Both the position numbers and the translations under genes were made by a program. Shown here piece after piece: positions 37,013 to 46,553 of a stretch of DNA of 64,000 nt; within the stretch, counting starts at the first letter, position 1; the number at the start of each line of letters is the position of its first letter. A model generated the notes under the pieces. It saw only the letters and a list, made by a program, of their open reading frames with translations. It made no database searches and was not told the DNA's origin. This DNA is from Gemmatimonadaceae bacterium (lineage in GTDB: Bacteria; Gemmatimonadota; Gemmatimonadetes; Gemmatimonadales; Gemmatimonadaceae), in NCBI GenBank assembly GCA_014377535.1, contig JACMPK010000024.1, positions 3,942 to 67,941 of the forward strand, read 5' to 3'.

Positions 37013-38446
37013 TCAGCGATTGCCGGCTGCACCGGCGGCTGTCGACCGCTTCACGAGGTGAAACCGCGTCTGCCGCTGATACCCCCAGCGCACCACGCCG
37101 GCCCCATCGAGAATCACATCCTCTTCCTGTCCCACGCGCACCATCTGGTTGCCCCACTCCGGCACCTTCGAGGCCGACTGCAGCTCGATGGAGAACCAGG
37201 TGCCGGGCTGCATCACATGGTCGCCGCGACCCGGCACGCCATCCTGATAGTCCCACAACCCGATCAGCGGGCCGGCGCCATGCCCATGCATCCCGATCGG
37301 ATGCGAGTAGATGGTGCCCACGATGCTGTCGCGCGTCATCCGCTGCCGCGATGACTGCAGCACCTCGTTGCCGCTGCGGCCCGCCTTGATCTCAGAGAAC
37401 ACGATGTCCTGCAGGCGATTCGTGGTTGTCAGCGCGGCGCGCAGGCCGACCGGCACCTCGGTCTCGCCGTCCTTCAGCACGTAGCCCATGTGCTGCGTGT
37501 CGGTGTTCAGGCGCATCGCCGTGATCCCGAAGTCGCAATGCAGCACGTCGCCCTTCTGGATCACGGGGTCGTCGCCAAGCTGCTGATCGGTGGATCCGCG
37601 GCGCTGCACGTCGACCGACGGGTGGAACCAGGTCGTGAGCCCGTAATCCGCCATGCGCTGGCGCATCCACCAGACCACGTCGCTGGTGCGCGTGACACCG
37701 GGCGTGATGACGCGCCCCGAGAACGCCTCCTCGATGATGTCCCAGGTGAGGCGGTTCATTCGCGTGAACGTCGCCTCTTCCTCGGGCTGCCGGATCGCGA
37801 TCAGGTCGACGGCCAGGCGACCTGCAGTCACGATCTCCGGACGCCAGTCGCCAACCGGCTTCAACACCTCGCGCGACAGCATGCCCGTGTACTCACCAAG
37901 TGTCAGCCCATCAGCGAAGGCGAAGGTCGTGTCGATGTTCAGCGCGATGCGCTTCGGCTTGCGGTCCAGGATGACCTTCGTGAGCACGTCCCACTGCGCC
38001 GAGCCCCAGAGTTCGGCGGTCGTGCGGCCGGAGCTGACGTTGGTGGCGGCGATCTGCGAGCGCACCGCCGTGAAGACGCCTCCCTGCGACGTGCCGCCGA
38101 GTGCGAGTCGCTCGATGCCCTTGTCACCACCGAGATCGTGAAAGACGTAGATGGTGCGTCGGCGCGCATTGAGCGTGGTGGGCGATACGATCGACGAGAA
38201 CACCGGATCCTCGTTGTACTCGCGCATCGGCACGATCCACATGTCCACGCTGTCGCGTTTCATCAACGCGGGCAGCGTGCGTTCCATGCGCAGCGTGAGC
38301 CACTGCTGCTGTGCCGCGGCCCATTCTTTTTGCGTACCGAGGGGACGGCGCGCGTCGCTGTCGCGAAGATGCGGCCCGACCTGTGCGACGAGCGGCGTGG
38401 CCAGCAGGCTGGCCGCAAGCATGAGGCGATGTGCGGCGCGGCGCAT
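37013..38446 (-). CDS. M24 family metallopeptidase (Xaa-Pro aminopeptidase-like), secreted
   Basis: Signal peptide, then the pita-bread fold motif series (GDVLHCDFG, YSHPIGMHGHG, FSIEL). Confidence 0.82.
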   Translation of the reverse strand: MRRAAHRLMLAASLLATPLVAQVGPHLRDSDARRPLGTQKEWAAAQQQWLTLRMERTLPALMKRDSVDMWIVPMREYNEDPVFSSIVSPTTLNARRRTIYVFHDLGGDKGIERLALGGTSQGGVFTAVRSQIAATNVSSGRTTAELWGSAQWDVLTKVILDRKPKRIALNIDTTFAFADGLTLGEYTGMLSREVLKPVGDWRPEIVTAGRLAVDLIAIRQPEEEATFTRMNRLTWDIIEEAFSGRVITPGVTRTSDVVWWMRQRMADYGLTTWFHPSVDVQRRGSTDQQLGDDPVIQKGDVLHCDFGITAMRLNTDTQHMGYVLKDGETEVPVGLRAALTTTNRLQDIVFSEIKAGRSGNEVLQSSRQRMTRDSIVGTIYSHPIGMHGHGAGPLIGLWDYQDGVPGRGDHVMQPGTWFSIELQSASKVPEWGNQMVRVGQEEDVILDGAGVVRWGYQRQTRFHLVKRSTAAGAAGNR

Positions 38447-38518
38447 GGGAAAAGCTCCTGTGTCGAAAGACGTGAGTCGTGTACGGTCCGTTCTGCTGCT
38501 GGTCGTGCGGCTGACGTC

Positions 38519-39049
38519 CTACCGATCGTCCTTCTTATCGTCCTTCGGATCGTCGATCACGGTGTCGCCGGCAGCCCTGACGGAACGACGGATGCCCTGC
38601 ACCACGATCGCGAGGATGCCGGCATAAATGGTCAGTGCCACGACGTGCCAGCTGACCACCTTCGCGGCGATGCTGCCAAGATCACTCCAGGTGGCCAGCG
38701 TGCTGCCGTACGGCTCGCGCGCCAAGGAGATCAGCAGCGCCGACATCGAGACTTCGGTCAGACATTCGACCAGCGCGAATACAGGCACCCGCCAGAGCCA
38801 GCGCTTGAGCGGAAAGTTGCCCAGGTGAAGCGTCGCCATACCGAAGAACACCAGCACGCCAAGCGCGATGACCGAGCCGAAAAAGAGCGGCGAGTCAGTC
38901 GGGCCCGTGCCCAGGAAAAGCGCACGACAGAGTCGCCACGCGACGCCTGTGAGCATTGCCATCGCGACGAGCGACCGGCTGAACTTGCGCACAGCACTCG
39001 CCTCGTAGGCGTCCCAGACTCCGGTGGCCGGAGGCGCGAAGCGGACCAT
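38519..39049 (-). CDS. hypothetical membrane protein
   Basis: 176-aa ORF with 4-5 hydrophobic segments and an acidic/basic tail (DDPKDDKKDDR). Confidence 0.5.
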   Translation of the reverse strand: MVRFAPPATGVWDAYEASAVRKFSRSLVAMAMLTGVAWRLCRALFLGTGPTDSPLFFGSVIALGVLVFFGMATLHLGNFPLKRWLWRVPVFALVECLTEVSMSALLISLAREPYGSTLATWSDLGSIAAKVVSWHVVALTIYAGILAIVVQGIRRSVRAAGDTVIDDPKDDKKDDR

Positions 39050-39195
39050 GCGCGCAAGTTGACGACCGAGCGCGTCAGACGGAAGGCGATGCGCAATATG
39101 ACGGCACAGGCAGGGGGGTGTTTTCTGCTGCCTGGGCCGAGGTTCACCACGTCAATTGTGGCACCGGCGCGGCGAGAAACGTGCGATGCGATGCC

Positions 39196-40236
39196 CTACG
39201 GCGCGAGCCGCTCGGCGATGAAGCGCAGGCTCTCCGGCAGGTGCGCGCGCCAGTAGACCCAGTCATGCCGGCCGCTCCACTCGGCGTACGTCAGCGGCAC
39301 ATGCAAAGCCTGCATGTTCTCGCGGAACGAGCGGCTCATGGGCAGCAGCTGATCTTCCGTTCCGACGTCCACGAACAGCGAAGGCAGCGGATCGCCGCGC
39401 CGGAGCAACTGCTGCACCAGGTGTGTGGGGTCGCGCGCGATCCACGACACGGAATCGGCGCCGAATGCGGGCTCCATTCTCGTCCAGCGTGCGCCTGAGG
39501 CGGTGCGCAGCTCGTCGCGCGTGCGTGCATCGCGCATCGTCACCCTGCCGGTCGTCGGCACCGTGCTGCTGTCGGTCATGAGTGCCGGTCGCAACACGCC
39601 GCTGTGACTCGCCGCGACGGAGAATGTCAGCGGATTGCGCGCAGCGATGCTGATCGCGCCATAGCCGCCCATGCTCAGCCCCGCGATGGCGCGCGACTCG
39701 CGACGCGGCAGTGTGCGAAATGCCGCGTCGGTGAACGCCAGCACGTCATGCACCACATAGTCGTCGTACTTGGGCCAGGGCACGCAGTAGGTGTCGGCAT
39801 TCTCCTGGCGTGGCGTGCGACGGCATGCCGCCACGTCGTTCAAGGCATGCCATGTGGTCCACCACCCGTCGTCGCCATCGGGCATCACCACGATCATCTC
39901 GCGCATGCCCGCCGTCACGAGCGAGTCCATCATGTGGGCCAGCGCTCCCTGTGCCGTCCAGTCGGTCTCGCTGCCCCAGCTCCCGTGCAGGTACACCGCC
40001 ACCGGATAGCGACGCGTTGCCGCAGTGCTCGCGTCGTACGACGGCGGCAGGTACACAACCATCGTCTTCGTGATGCCGAGTGCCTGCGACCAGAATCGCA
40101 CCGGCTCGACACGACCCGTGCGCACTGCCGACATGACCTGGGCCTGCACGCTGGCCGTACAGGTCGCAACCGCCAGCATCAGGCATGCGAGGTGGCGCAT
40201 CATGATCGAGAGTGGTGACAGGGTGCTGTGCTGCAC
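39196..40236 (-). CDS. esterase family alpha/beta hydrolase (PF00756-like 'putative esterase')
   Basis: Signal peptide, YLHG.., the nucleophile elbow GLSMGGYGA, and a C-terminal HDW motif. Confidence 0.78.
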   Translation of the reverse strand: MQHSTLSPLSIMMRHLACLMLAVATCTASVQAQVMSAVRTGRVEPVRFWSQALGITKTMVVYLPPSYDASTAATRRYPVAVYLHGSWGSETDWTAQGALAHMMDSLVTAGMREMIVVMPDGDDGWWTTWHALNDVAACRRTPRQENADTYCVPWPKYDDYVVHDVLAFTDAAFRTLPRRESRAIAGLSMGGYGAISIAARNPLTFSVAASHSGVLRPALMTDSSTVPTTGRVTMRDARTRDELRTASGARWTRMEPAFGADSVSWIARDPTHLVQQLLRRGDPLPSLFVDVGTEDQLLPMSRSFRENMQALHVPLTYAEWSGRHDWVYWRAHLPESLRFIAERLAP

Positions 40237-40239
40237 GAC

Positions 40240-41508
40240 TCAGTGCGTGGTCGCATCGCGCTTCAGCCAGACGTAAAGCGGCGTGCCGGCGACGATTGCC
40301 AGAAAGCCCCACATCGCCGACTGCGGCCCGACGCCGTACATCGTCCAGAGCACGAACACGAAGCCGATGGTCGCCTCGACCGTCACGCGCGTCGCACTTT
40401 CCGTAGTGTATCGCTCGGGAAAACGACGCACGAGCAGCAGCTCGGCCGCGCAGGTGTACAGGTGCGGCAGCAGCGTGGTCAGGATCGCGAGTAGCGCCAC
40501 GAAGCTGAAGACGCCGAGCAGCGACTGCGAGAAGTAGAGCAGCAGCAGCGCACTGGGGATCAGCGTGCCGACGATCATCGCAACGTGTGGAGTAACGAAG
40601 CGTGGATGCAGGCGACCGAGCGGCGGAAAGAACAATCCGTCCTGCGCCGCGGTTACGGGAATGCGTCCCGCCATCAGCACCCATCCATTGAGCGTGGCGA
40701 GGTTGGAGCCCAGTGCGACGATGCCGATCGCCATGGCAGCCCACGGTCCGACCGCGCGCGCCATCGCCAAAGCGATCGGGCGAGGACTCTCAGCCAGTTC
40801 ACCCGTCGGTACGGTGCCGACCACCATCAGCGCCGTCAGCAGGAACACCGCCGTCGCGATCCAATAGCCAAGCATCGTGCCGCGTCCGAGGGTCTCCGCC
40901 GAGCCGCGCACCTCGTCCGCGGGCACGGTTGCCGATTCGACGCCCGAAAACGCCCACACCACCAGCGCGCATGCCGGCGCCAGCGCGCCCCAGCCCTGCG
41001 GTGCGAACGGCGTCAGGTTCGCGATGCGGATTTGCGGCAACGCGATTAGTGCGCCGATGACGAGCGGCACCACGGTGAGGAACATCAACGCCACCTGCAG
41101 CCGTGATCCGTGCTGCACGCCGATGGTGTTCAGCGCGCAGAATCCCCACAGCAGCAGCTGCGCCAGCATGAACTGCTGCATCGGTGACTCGCGGAACGAC
41201 TCGCTGAATCCCGTCGCGTAGCCGATCACTGCGGTCACGATCGCCGCGTTGCCGATGGTGGCGCTGAGCCAGTAACTCCACACCGTCTGGAATCCGGCGA
41301 AGTCGCCGAACGCCTCACGCACATACACGTACGGGCCACCGGTCCTGGGCCAGCGTGTCCCGAGTCGCGAGTAGGTGCGCGCAATGAAGAAGTAGCCGAC
41401 GGCGGTGATTGCCCATGCGGCCAGTGCGAGCGGTCCTGCCGCCTTCGCCATCGTGGCCGGCAACGTCCAGATCGACGTGCCGACCATGTTCCCCACCGCC
41501 AGCGCCAC
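40240..41508 (-). CDS. APC family amino acid permease
   Basis: 12-TM ORF with an AVGNMVGTSIW TM1 motif. The annotated GTG start probably truncates TM1 (see findings). Confidence 0.85.
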   Translation of the reverse strand: MALAVGNMVGTSIWTLPATMAKAAGPLALAAWAITAVGYFFIARTYSRLGTRWPRTGGPYVYVREAFGDFAGFQTVWSYWLSATIGNAAIVTAVIGYATGFSESFRESPMQQFMLAQLLLWGFCALNTIGVQHGSRLQVALMFLTVVPLVIGALIALPQIRIANLTPFAPQGWGALAPACALVVWAFSGVESATVPADEVRGSAETLGRGTMLGYWIATAVFLLTALMVVGTVPTGELAESPRPIALAMARAVGPWAAMAIGIVALGSNLATLNGWVLMAGRIPVTAAQDGLFFPPLGRLHPRFVTPHVAMIVGTLIPSALLLLYFSQSLLGVFSFVALLAILTTLLPHLYTCAAELLLVRRFPERYTTESATRVTVEATIGFVFVLWTMYGVGPQSAMWGFLAIVAGTPLYVWLKRDATTH

Positions 41509-41552
41509 GACGCCGAGCAGCGTCAGGCGGCGAATGGGCGCGATGCGTTCCG

Positions 41553-42419
41553 TCAGCGGAACACGTGTCCGATGCGCGACCAGCGGATATCGGTGATGAA
41601 TGGCAGCGCGCGATCGGAATCGGCGGCATTGTAGCTGTAGTACACGAAGATGGGGCGACCGCGCAGGTTGCCGCGCGGCACGATACCCCAGTACCGGCTG
41701 TCCTTCGACTCGTAGCGATTGTCGCCGAGCATGAAGAGGTGACCGGCGGGGATCACGAGCGGGCCCCAGTTGTCGTGCGTCGGAACGGCAGGCGGCTCAC
41801 CGAATCGTGAGCCTTTCACTTCGACACGATGCTGCCACTCGAAGAGCGGGTGCGGTTCGTCGGCGCCGAGCTTGCTCGTGCTTTCGTCGGCGCGCTGCGG
41901 AAACGGCGTGCCGTTCACGTGCACCACGCCGTCGCGCATGAAAATCGTGTCACCAGGCGTGCCCCAGAGCCGCTTCACCAGCGTGGGCTGCGGATCGTTG
42001 CCGACCTGCGCCTCATCCGCCTGGTACGGCGACTTGAAGACGACGATGTCCTTGCGCACAGGCTCGGCGTAGCCGGGCAGCGTGAGGTCGGTGAACGGAA
42101 TGTTGGGGCCGTACACCAGGTTGTTCACGAACAACCAGTCACCGACCATCATCTCCGGCTCCATGCTGGGCGACGGGATGCGGTAAGCCTGGAAGAAGAA
42201 GATCCTGATGACGAAGAAGATGAGGATCGGAACGATCCAGCCCTTCAACCCTTCGGTGACCGACGACTTGGCAGCGCTGGTGCCGCGCGCAGCAGCGACG
42301 ACCTTCGATGGCGGGGCGGAACTGGAGTTCTGGTCGGCAGCCACGGGATTTCGATGCAGCGGTAACGGGCGTGAACGGCGGGATGAAACACAATCGAGGG
42401 CCTGCCCCCAGGAGGACAT
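41553..42419 (-). CDS. lepB: signal peptidase I
   Basis: IPSPSMEP (catalytic Ser), VVFKSP, GDNRYESKDSRYWG (box E). Start set at ATG 42419 because TTG 42440 lies inside the upstream terminator. Confidence 0.9.
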   Translation of the reverse strand: MSSWGQALDCVSSRRSRPLPLHRNPVAADQNSSSAPPSKVVAAARGTSAAKSSVTEGLKGWIVPILIFFVIRIFFFQAYRIPSPSMEPEMMVGDWLFVNNLVYGPNIPFTDLTLPGYAEPVRKDIVVFKSPYQADEAQVGNDPQPTLVKRLWGTPGDTIFMRDGVVHVNGTPFPQRADESTSKLGADEPHPLFEWQHRVEVKGSRFGEPPAVPTHDNWGPLVIPAGHLFMLGDNRYESKDSRYWGIVPRGNLRGRPIFVYYSYNAADSDRALPFITDIRWSRIGHVFR

Positions 42420-42437
42420 GCCCTCGATCCGGTCCAG

Positions 42438-42463
42438 CAAAAGATAACCCGCCAGCTGGCGGG
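42438..42463 (-). terminator. intrinsic terminator after the SWIB gene
   Basis: Palindrome CCCGCCAG/CTGGCGGG (42448-42463), followed on the minus strand by TTATCTTTTG. Confidence 0.55.
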
Positions 42464-42472
42464 TGATTCGAT

Positions 42473-42823
42473 TCAGCTCAGGTGCTTCGACACGAGAGCC
42501 GTCATTTCAAACATGGTCACGCTCGACTTGCCGCCAAACACGGCCTTGAGCATGGCATCGGCCACGATGGTCCGCTTGTCCGTGGGCTTCTGCAGGTTGT
42601 TCTTCTTGATGTAGTCCCAGATGTCCTTGGTGACTTCGGTGCGCGGACGCGGGTTCGGGCCAATGACGGCAGCCAGTTCCGGGCTGATGGTCATTGACTT
42701 GTTGAACGCCGTGGCGCTCTTCTTTGCGGCCGGCGCCTTGGCGGCAGCCGTCTTCGCAGGTGCCTTGGCAGCGGCCTTCGTGGCCGGCGCCTTCGTTGCG
42801 GCAGCCTTCTTCGCAGGGGGCAT
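42473..42823 (-). CDS. SWIB/MDM2 domain protein with histone-H1-like Ala/Lys/Pro N-terminal tail
   Basis: MPPAKKAAATKAPATKAAAKAPAKTAAAKAPAAKK, followed by the SWIB core (ISPELAAVIG...RTEVTKDIWDYIKKNNLQ...). Confidence 0.85.
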   Translation of the reverse strand: MPPAKKAAATKAPATKAAAKAPAKTAAAKAPAAKKSATAFNKSMTISPELAAVIGPNPRPRTEVTKDIWDYIKKNNLQKPTDKRTIVADAMLKAVFGGKSSVTMFEMTALVSKHLS

Positions 42824-43003
42824 CGCAGATCCTCGGGACTGAGGGAGGGGCGAGCGACGCTCGCCGATGACGTGGAGCGAGACTCGCGCGCTCATCGTGG
42901 CAGACGACGGCGACTGCCGAACGAAATGACCATGACGGGCGGGAAGGTACACACTGGCTACCCGGGCGCAACAGCAGGTGCACCCACTCGTGCCGCAGGA
43001 GCG

Positions 43004-43900
43004 TCAGGGCGCTGCGACGAACGACCGGAGCAACGCGACCATCCGCTCGTCATCCGGATCGGCGCTAGCGTCGTCCTCGGCGAGCATCTCGATGGCCTGC
43101 GGTGTTTCCAGCAGCAGCGGGATGTCGCGGGTGCGCGGGTCACCAAGCAGCCACCGGAACGCATCGATGCCGATCTCGCCCTCGCCCAGCAGCATGTGTC
43201 GATCCCTGTTCGATCCAAGCGTGCCAAGGCTGTCGTTCAGGTGCAGGAACGAGGGCGGCTCGCCACATGCCTGTTCGAACGCATCCAGCACGCCGATGCA
43301 TGCGTTCTCCGAGGCGCTGATATCGTAGCCCGAGGCGAACAGGTGGCAGGTGTCCAGGCCGTAGCCCGCTCGTGCGCGCAGCGATGGTGGCAGCGAGGCG
43401 AGGATACCCGCGACCTCCTGTACCGTGCGCCCGATCGTGTTGCCGGCGCCGGCGCTGTTCTCGACGAGCAGCTTCGTCGCGCCGTCCACCGTCTCCAGGG
43501 CACGCGTCATGGCCGTCGCGACGCGTGCCACTCCTGCGTCGCGATCATTGTCGGTTGCGGCACCGGGATGAAAGCAGACACCACGCACCTGCAGGGTGGT
43601 GCTGCGTTCCAGTTCCTTCGTCAGTGCGGTCGCGGCACGCTCCCACTTCTCCGCATCCGGCGTCGCGCAGTTCAGCACGTAGCCGGCGTGCACGATCACG
43701 GCCGTGCGCGCGATCCCCGCCTCCGCGAGCGCTGCGTGAAACGCCGTCACCCGTTCCGGCTTCACACCCGCTTTCTCGTTGTAATACTTGGGAATCGCGC
43801 TGAAAATCTGCAGGGCGGTCATACCGGCGTTGCCCGCGCGGCGTGCTGCCATCGGAATGCCGCCGATGTCGATCGTGTGTGCGCCGATCAGTCGTGGCAT
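43004..43900 (-). CDS. nfo: deoxyribonuclease IV (endonuclease IV, AP endonuclease family 2)
   Basis: IGAH.., QIF, HAGYV.N, CFHPG, LENSAG, G.CLDTCH.FA.GYD, H.NDS pattern. Confidence 0.85.
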   Translation of the reverse strand: MPRLIGAHTIDIGGIPMAARRAGNAGMTALQIFSAIPKYYNEKAGVKPERVTAFHAALAEAGIARTAVIVHAGYVLNCATPDAEKWERAATALTKELERSTTLQVRGVCFHPGAATDNDRDAGVARVATAMTRALETVDGATKLLVENSAGAGNTIGRTVQEVAGILASLPPSLRARAGYGLDTCHLFASGYDISASENACIGVLDAFEQACGEPPSFLHLNDSLGTLGSNRDRHMLLGEGEIGIDAFRWLLGDPRTRDIPLLLETPQAIEMLAEDDASADPDDERMVALLRSFVAAP

Positions 43901-43942
43901 GGGTGTGCGTGTCGAAGGGTCAACGTGCGCGGCAGCATGCAC

Positions 43943-44794
43943 TCAGCGCGTCACGATGCGCGCGCGACGCAGCAGGAATGCGCTGCCGGATTGCGAGTCT
44001 TCCGTCCAGCCGACCCACAGCTGGCCGCCCTGCAGTCGCACGATCTGCGGTGCCGACGCCTGCTGCGAGCTGGTGCTGACCGGAATCAGCCGCGCCGTCT
44101 GTTCGAACAGGTGGCCCGACGTGAGCGACATGCTGAGCGCGATGCGCCCCAGCGCACTGTTGGGATCTTCATACGCCACCGCGACGGTGTCACCACGGCT
44201 CGCCACCGTGACCTGCACCGGCTTCTCGCCATACACGATGGCCATGGGCGCCTCGAAGCGACGGAGGCGCGGATCCATGAGGTGCGAGTAAAACAATCCC
44301 GGCCCTTCCGGTGCCACCATGTAGTAGGCGACATGCACGTAGCCGTTCACGCTGTCCACGCTGATTGCCGGTGCGGGCCGCGCGCAGCCGAGCAGCGCCT
44401 TGTCCACGGAATCGACGACCACGCGCTGCACCGCCGCTCCGCTGGAATCGCGCTCCTCGGAGAGCAGCGACGCACTGCTGTCGTTGCGGATTGCCCACCA
44501 GACGGACCACTGCCGGCCACGGACCAGCGGCGCCGTGACGTATGATCCTGGGCAACCCCGGATGTCGTTCGGAACGCCGACCCCCGCGCGCGCCGGCGTG
44601 GTGTCTCCACGTGCGACGACCACCTCCGGCGTCGCGCCCGGAGTCCAGCGGGCGGCATACTGCGCGGCCGAGTCCACGCCGGATGCAATCGGCGTCGGCG
44701 CCTGCCACTCCACCGGTGGCGCATCCCACGAACAACCGGCGACCAGCACCGTCGCAAGCACACCTCGAAACACACTGCTGCACAAAACCGACAT
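43943..44794 (-). CDS. hypothetical lipoprotein
   Basis: Lipobox LVAGCS and a beta-rich sequence; family not recognised. Confidence 0.5.
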   Translation of the reverse strand: MSVLCSSVFRGVLATVLVAGCSWDAPPVEWQAPTPIASGVDSAAQYAARWTPGATPEVVVARGDTTPARAGVGVPNDIRGCPGSYVTAPLVRGRQWSVWWAIRNDSSASLLSEERDSSGAAVQRVVVDSVDKALLGCARPAPAISVDSVNGYVHVAYYMVAPEGPGLFYSHLMDPRLRRFEAPMAIVYGEKPVQVTVASRGDTVAVAYEDPNSALGRIALSMSLTSGHLFEQTARLIPVSTSSQQASAPQIVRLQGGQLWVGWTEDSQSGSAFLLRRARIVTR

Positions 44795-44894
44795 GCGGCC
44801 AATCTACGCGATCTCCGCCACTGCACCGCGCTAGCTTTGCCGAACCGGCCGGGCATGCGCCGCGTGGCCAACTGCCAACTCCACTCCGCACATC

Positions 44895-46553
44895 ATGACG
44901 TCACCCCTCGTCGCGCCAGTCGGTGCCTCGCAGTTCGCCGGCTCGCGCCGGATTCCCGCACCGGTCAACGAGCCGGTCAAGCACTACGCTCCGGGCTCGC
45001 CCGAGCGGTCGGAACTGCAGGCACGACTCGCCAGCATGTCCACCGAGCGTGTGGAGATCCCGCTCGTCATTGGCGGCAAGCGGATCCACACGGGCAACAC
45101 CGCCACGCAGGTCATGCCACATGCACACAGCCACGTGGTGGCCGACTTCCACAAGGCCGGTGACGCGGAGATTGCTGGCGCCATCGCGGCCGCCGCGGCC
45201 GCACAGAAGGAGTGGGCGGCCTGGAGCTGGGAGGATCGCGCCGGCATTTTCCTCAAGGCGGCCGAGCTGCTCACCACCACGCGTCGCCAGACGGTGAATG
45301 CCGCCACGATGCTGGGCCAGTCGAAGACCGCGCATCAGGCCGAGATCGACGCCGCCTGCGAACTGATCGACTTCTGGCGCTTCAACGTGTCGTTCGCGCA
45401 GGATCTCTACGCAGAGCAGCCGATCAGCAGCAGCGCCACCTGGAACCAGTCCGATTACCGGCCGCTGGAAGGCTTCGTGTACGCGGTGTCCCCATTCAAC
45501 TTCACGGCGATCGGCGGCAACCTGCCCGGTGCGCCGGCGCTGATGGGCAACACGGTCATCTGGAAGCCCGCTTCGACGGCGATGCTCTCCGCCTGGTACG
45601 TGATGCAGAACCTGGAGGAAGCCGGCCTGCCGCCCGGCGTCATCAACTTCCTGCCGGGCGATGCAGTGCAGATCTCGAACGCGCTGCTCGCACATCGCGA
45701 CCTCGCCGGCGTGCACTTCACCGGCAGCACCGGCGTGTTCAACGGCATGTGGGAGACCATCGGCCGCAACATGGGCGGCTACCGCAGCTACCCGCGCATC
45801 GTGGGCGAGACGGGCGGCAAGGACTTCATCGTTGCGCACCCGTCGGCCGACCCGATCGCGCTGGCCGTGGCCATCGTGCGCGGCGGCTTCGAGTATCAGG
45901 GCCAGAAATGCTCGGCCGCCAGCCGCGTGTACGTGCCCAAGTCGCTCTGGCCCATGGTGCGCGATCATGTGGCGCAGATGGCGAGCCAGATCAAGGTGGG
46001 CGACGTGCGCGACTTCACGAATTTCATGGGCGCCGTGATCGACAAGCGCGCCTTCGACAAGCACACGGAATACCTCGCCCTCGCACAGCGAGACTGCGAG
46101 ATCGTCACCGGTGGCACGTCGAATGGTGACGTGGGCTACTTCGTGCAGCCCACGCTCGTGCGCACCGACGATCCGTCGCACCGCATGCTGAACGAGGAGA
46201 TCTTCGGTCCGATCGTCACGGCCTATGTCTACGATGACGACAAGTGGCTGGAGACGCTGCAGCTGGTCGACGCCACCAGCCCGTACGCCCTCACGGGTGC
46301 CGTCTGGGCGCGCGAGAAGCAGGCGGTGCTCGACGCGATGTCGATCCTGCGCAACGCGGCTGGCAACTTCTACATCAACGACAAGCCGACCGGCGCCGTG
46401 GTCGGGCAGCAGCCGTTCGGCGGCGCACGTGGTTCGGGCACCAACGACAAGGCCGGCTCCAGGATGAACCTGATGCGCTGGGTCAGCCCGCGTTCGATCA
46501 AGGAGACATTCGTTCCGCCGACGGAATGGCAGTATCCGTTTCTCGGCGAATGA
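44895..46553 (+). CDS. pruA: L-glutamate gamma-semialdehyde (1-pyrroline-5-carboxylate) dehydrogenase, ALDH4A1-type
   Basis: Near-colinear by-eye match to ALDH4-type P5CDH: EGFVYAVSPFNFTAIGGNL, GETGGKDF, YQGQKCSA.SR.YVP, NAAGNFYINDKPTGAVVGQQPFGGARGSGTNDK. Confidence 0.93.
   Translation: MTSPLVAPVGASQFAGSRRIPAPVNEPVKHYAPGSPERSELQARLASMSTERVEIPLVIGGKRIHTGNTATQVMPHAHSHVVADFHKAGDAEIAGAIAAAAAAQKEWAAWSWEDRAGIFLKAAELLTTTRRQTVNAATMLGQSKTAHQAEIDAACELIDFWRFNVSFAQDLYAEQPISSSATWNQSDYRPLEGFVYAVSPFNFTAIGGNLPGAPALMGNTVIWKPASTAMLSAWYVMQNLEEAGLPPGVINFLPGDAVQISNALLAHRDLAGVHFTGSTGVFNGMWETIGRNMGGYRSYPRIVGETGGKDFIVAHPSADPIALAVAIVRGGFEYQGQKCSAASRVYVPKSLWPMVRDHVAQMASQIKVGDVRDFTNFMGAVIDKRAFDKHTEYLALAQRDCEIVTGGTSNGDVGYFVQPTLVRTDDPSHRMLNEEIFGPIVTAYVYDDDKWLETLQLVDATSPYALTGAVWAREKQAVLDAMSILRNAAGNFYINDKPTGAVVGQQPFGGARGSGTNDKAGSRMNLMRWVSPRSIKETFVPPTEWQYPFLGE

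Noticed and set aside
37490-39256. 588-aa plus-strand ORF spanning the M24 peptidase and the membrane-protein genes.
   Set aside because: It is antisense to two genes with good coding signatures. Its product is dominated by R/D/H/A and has no motifs.
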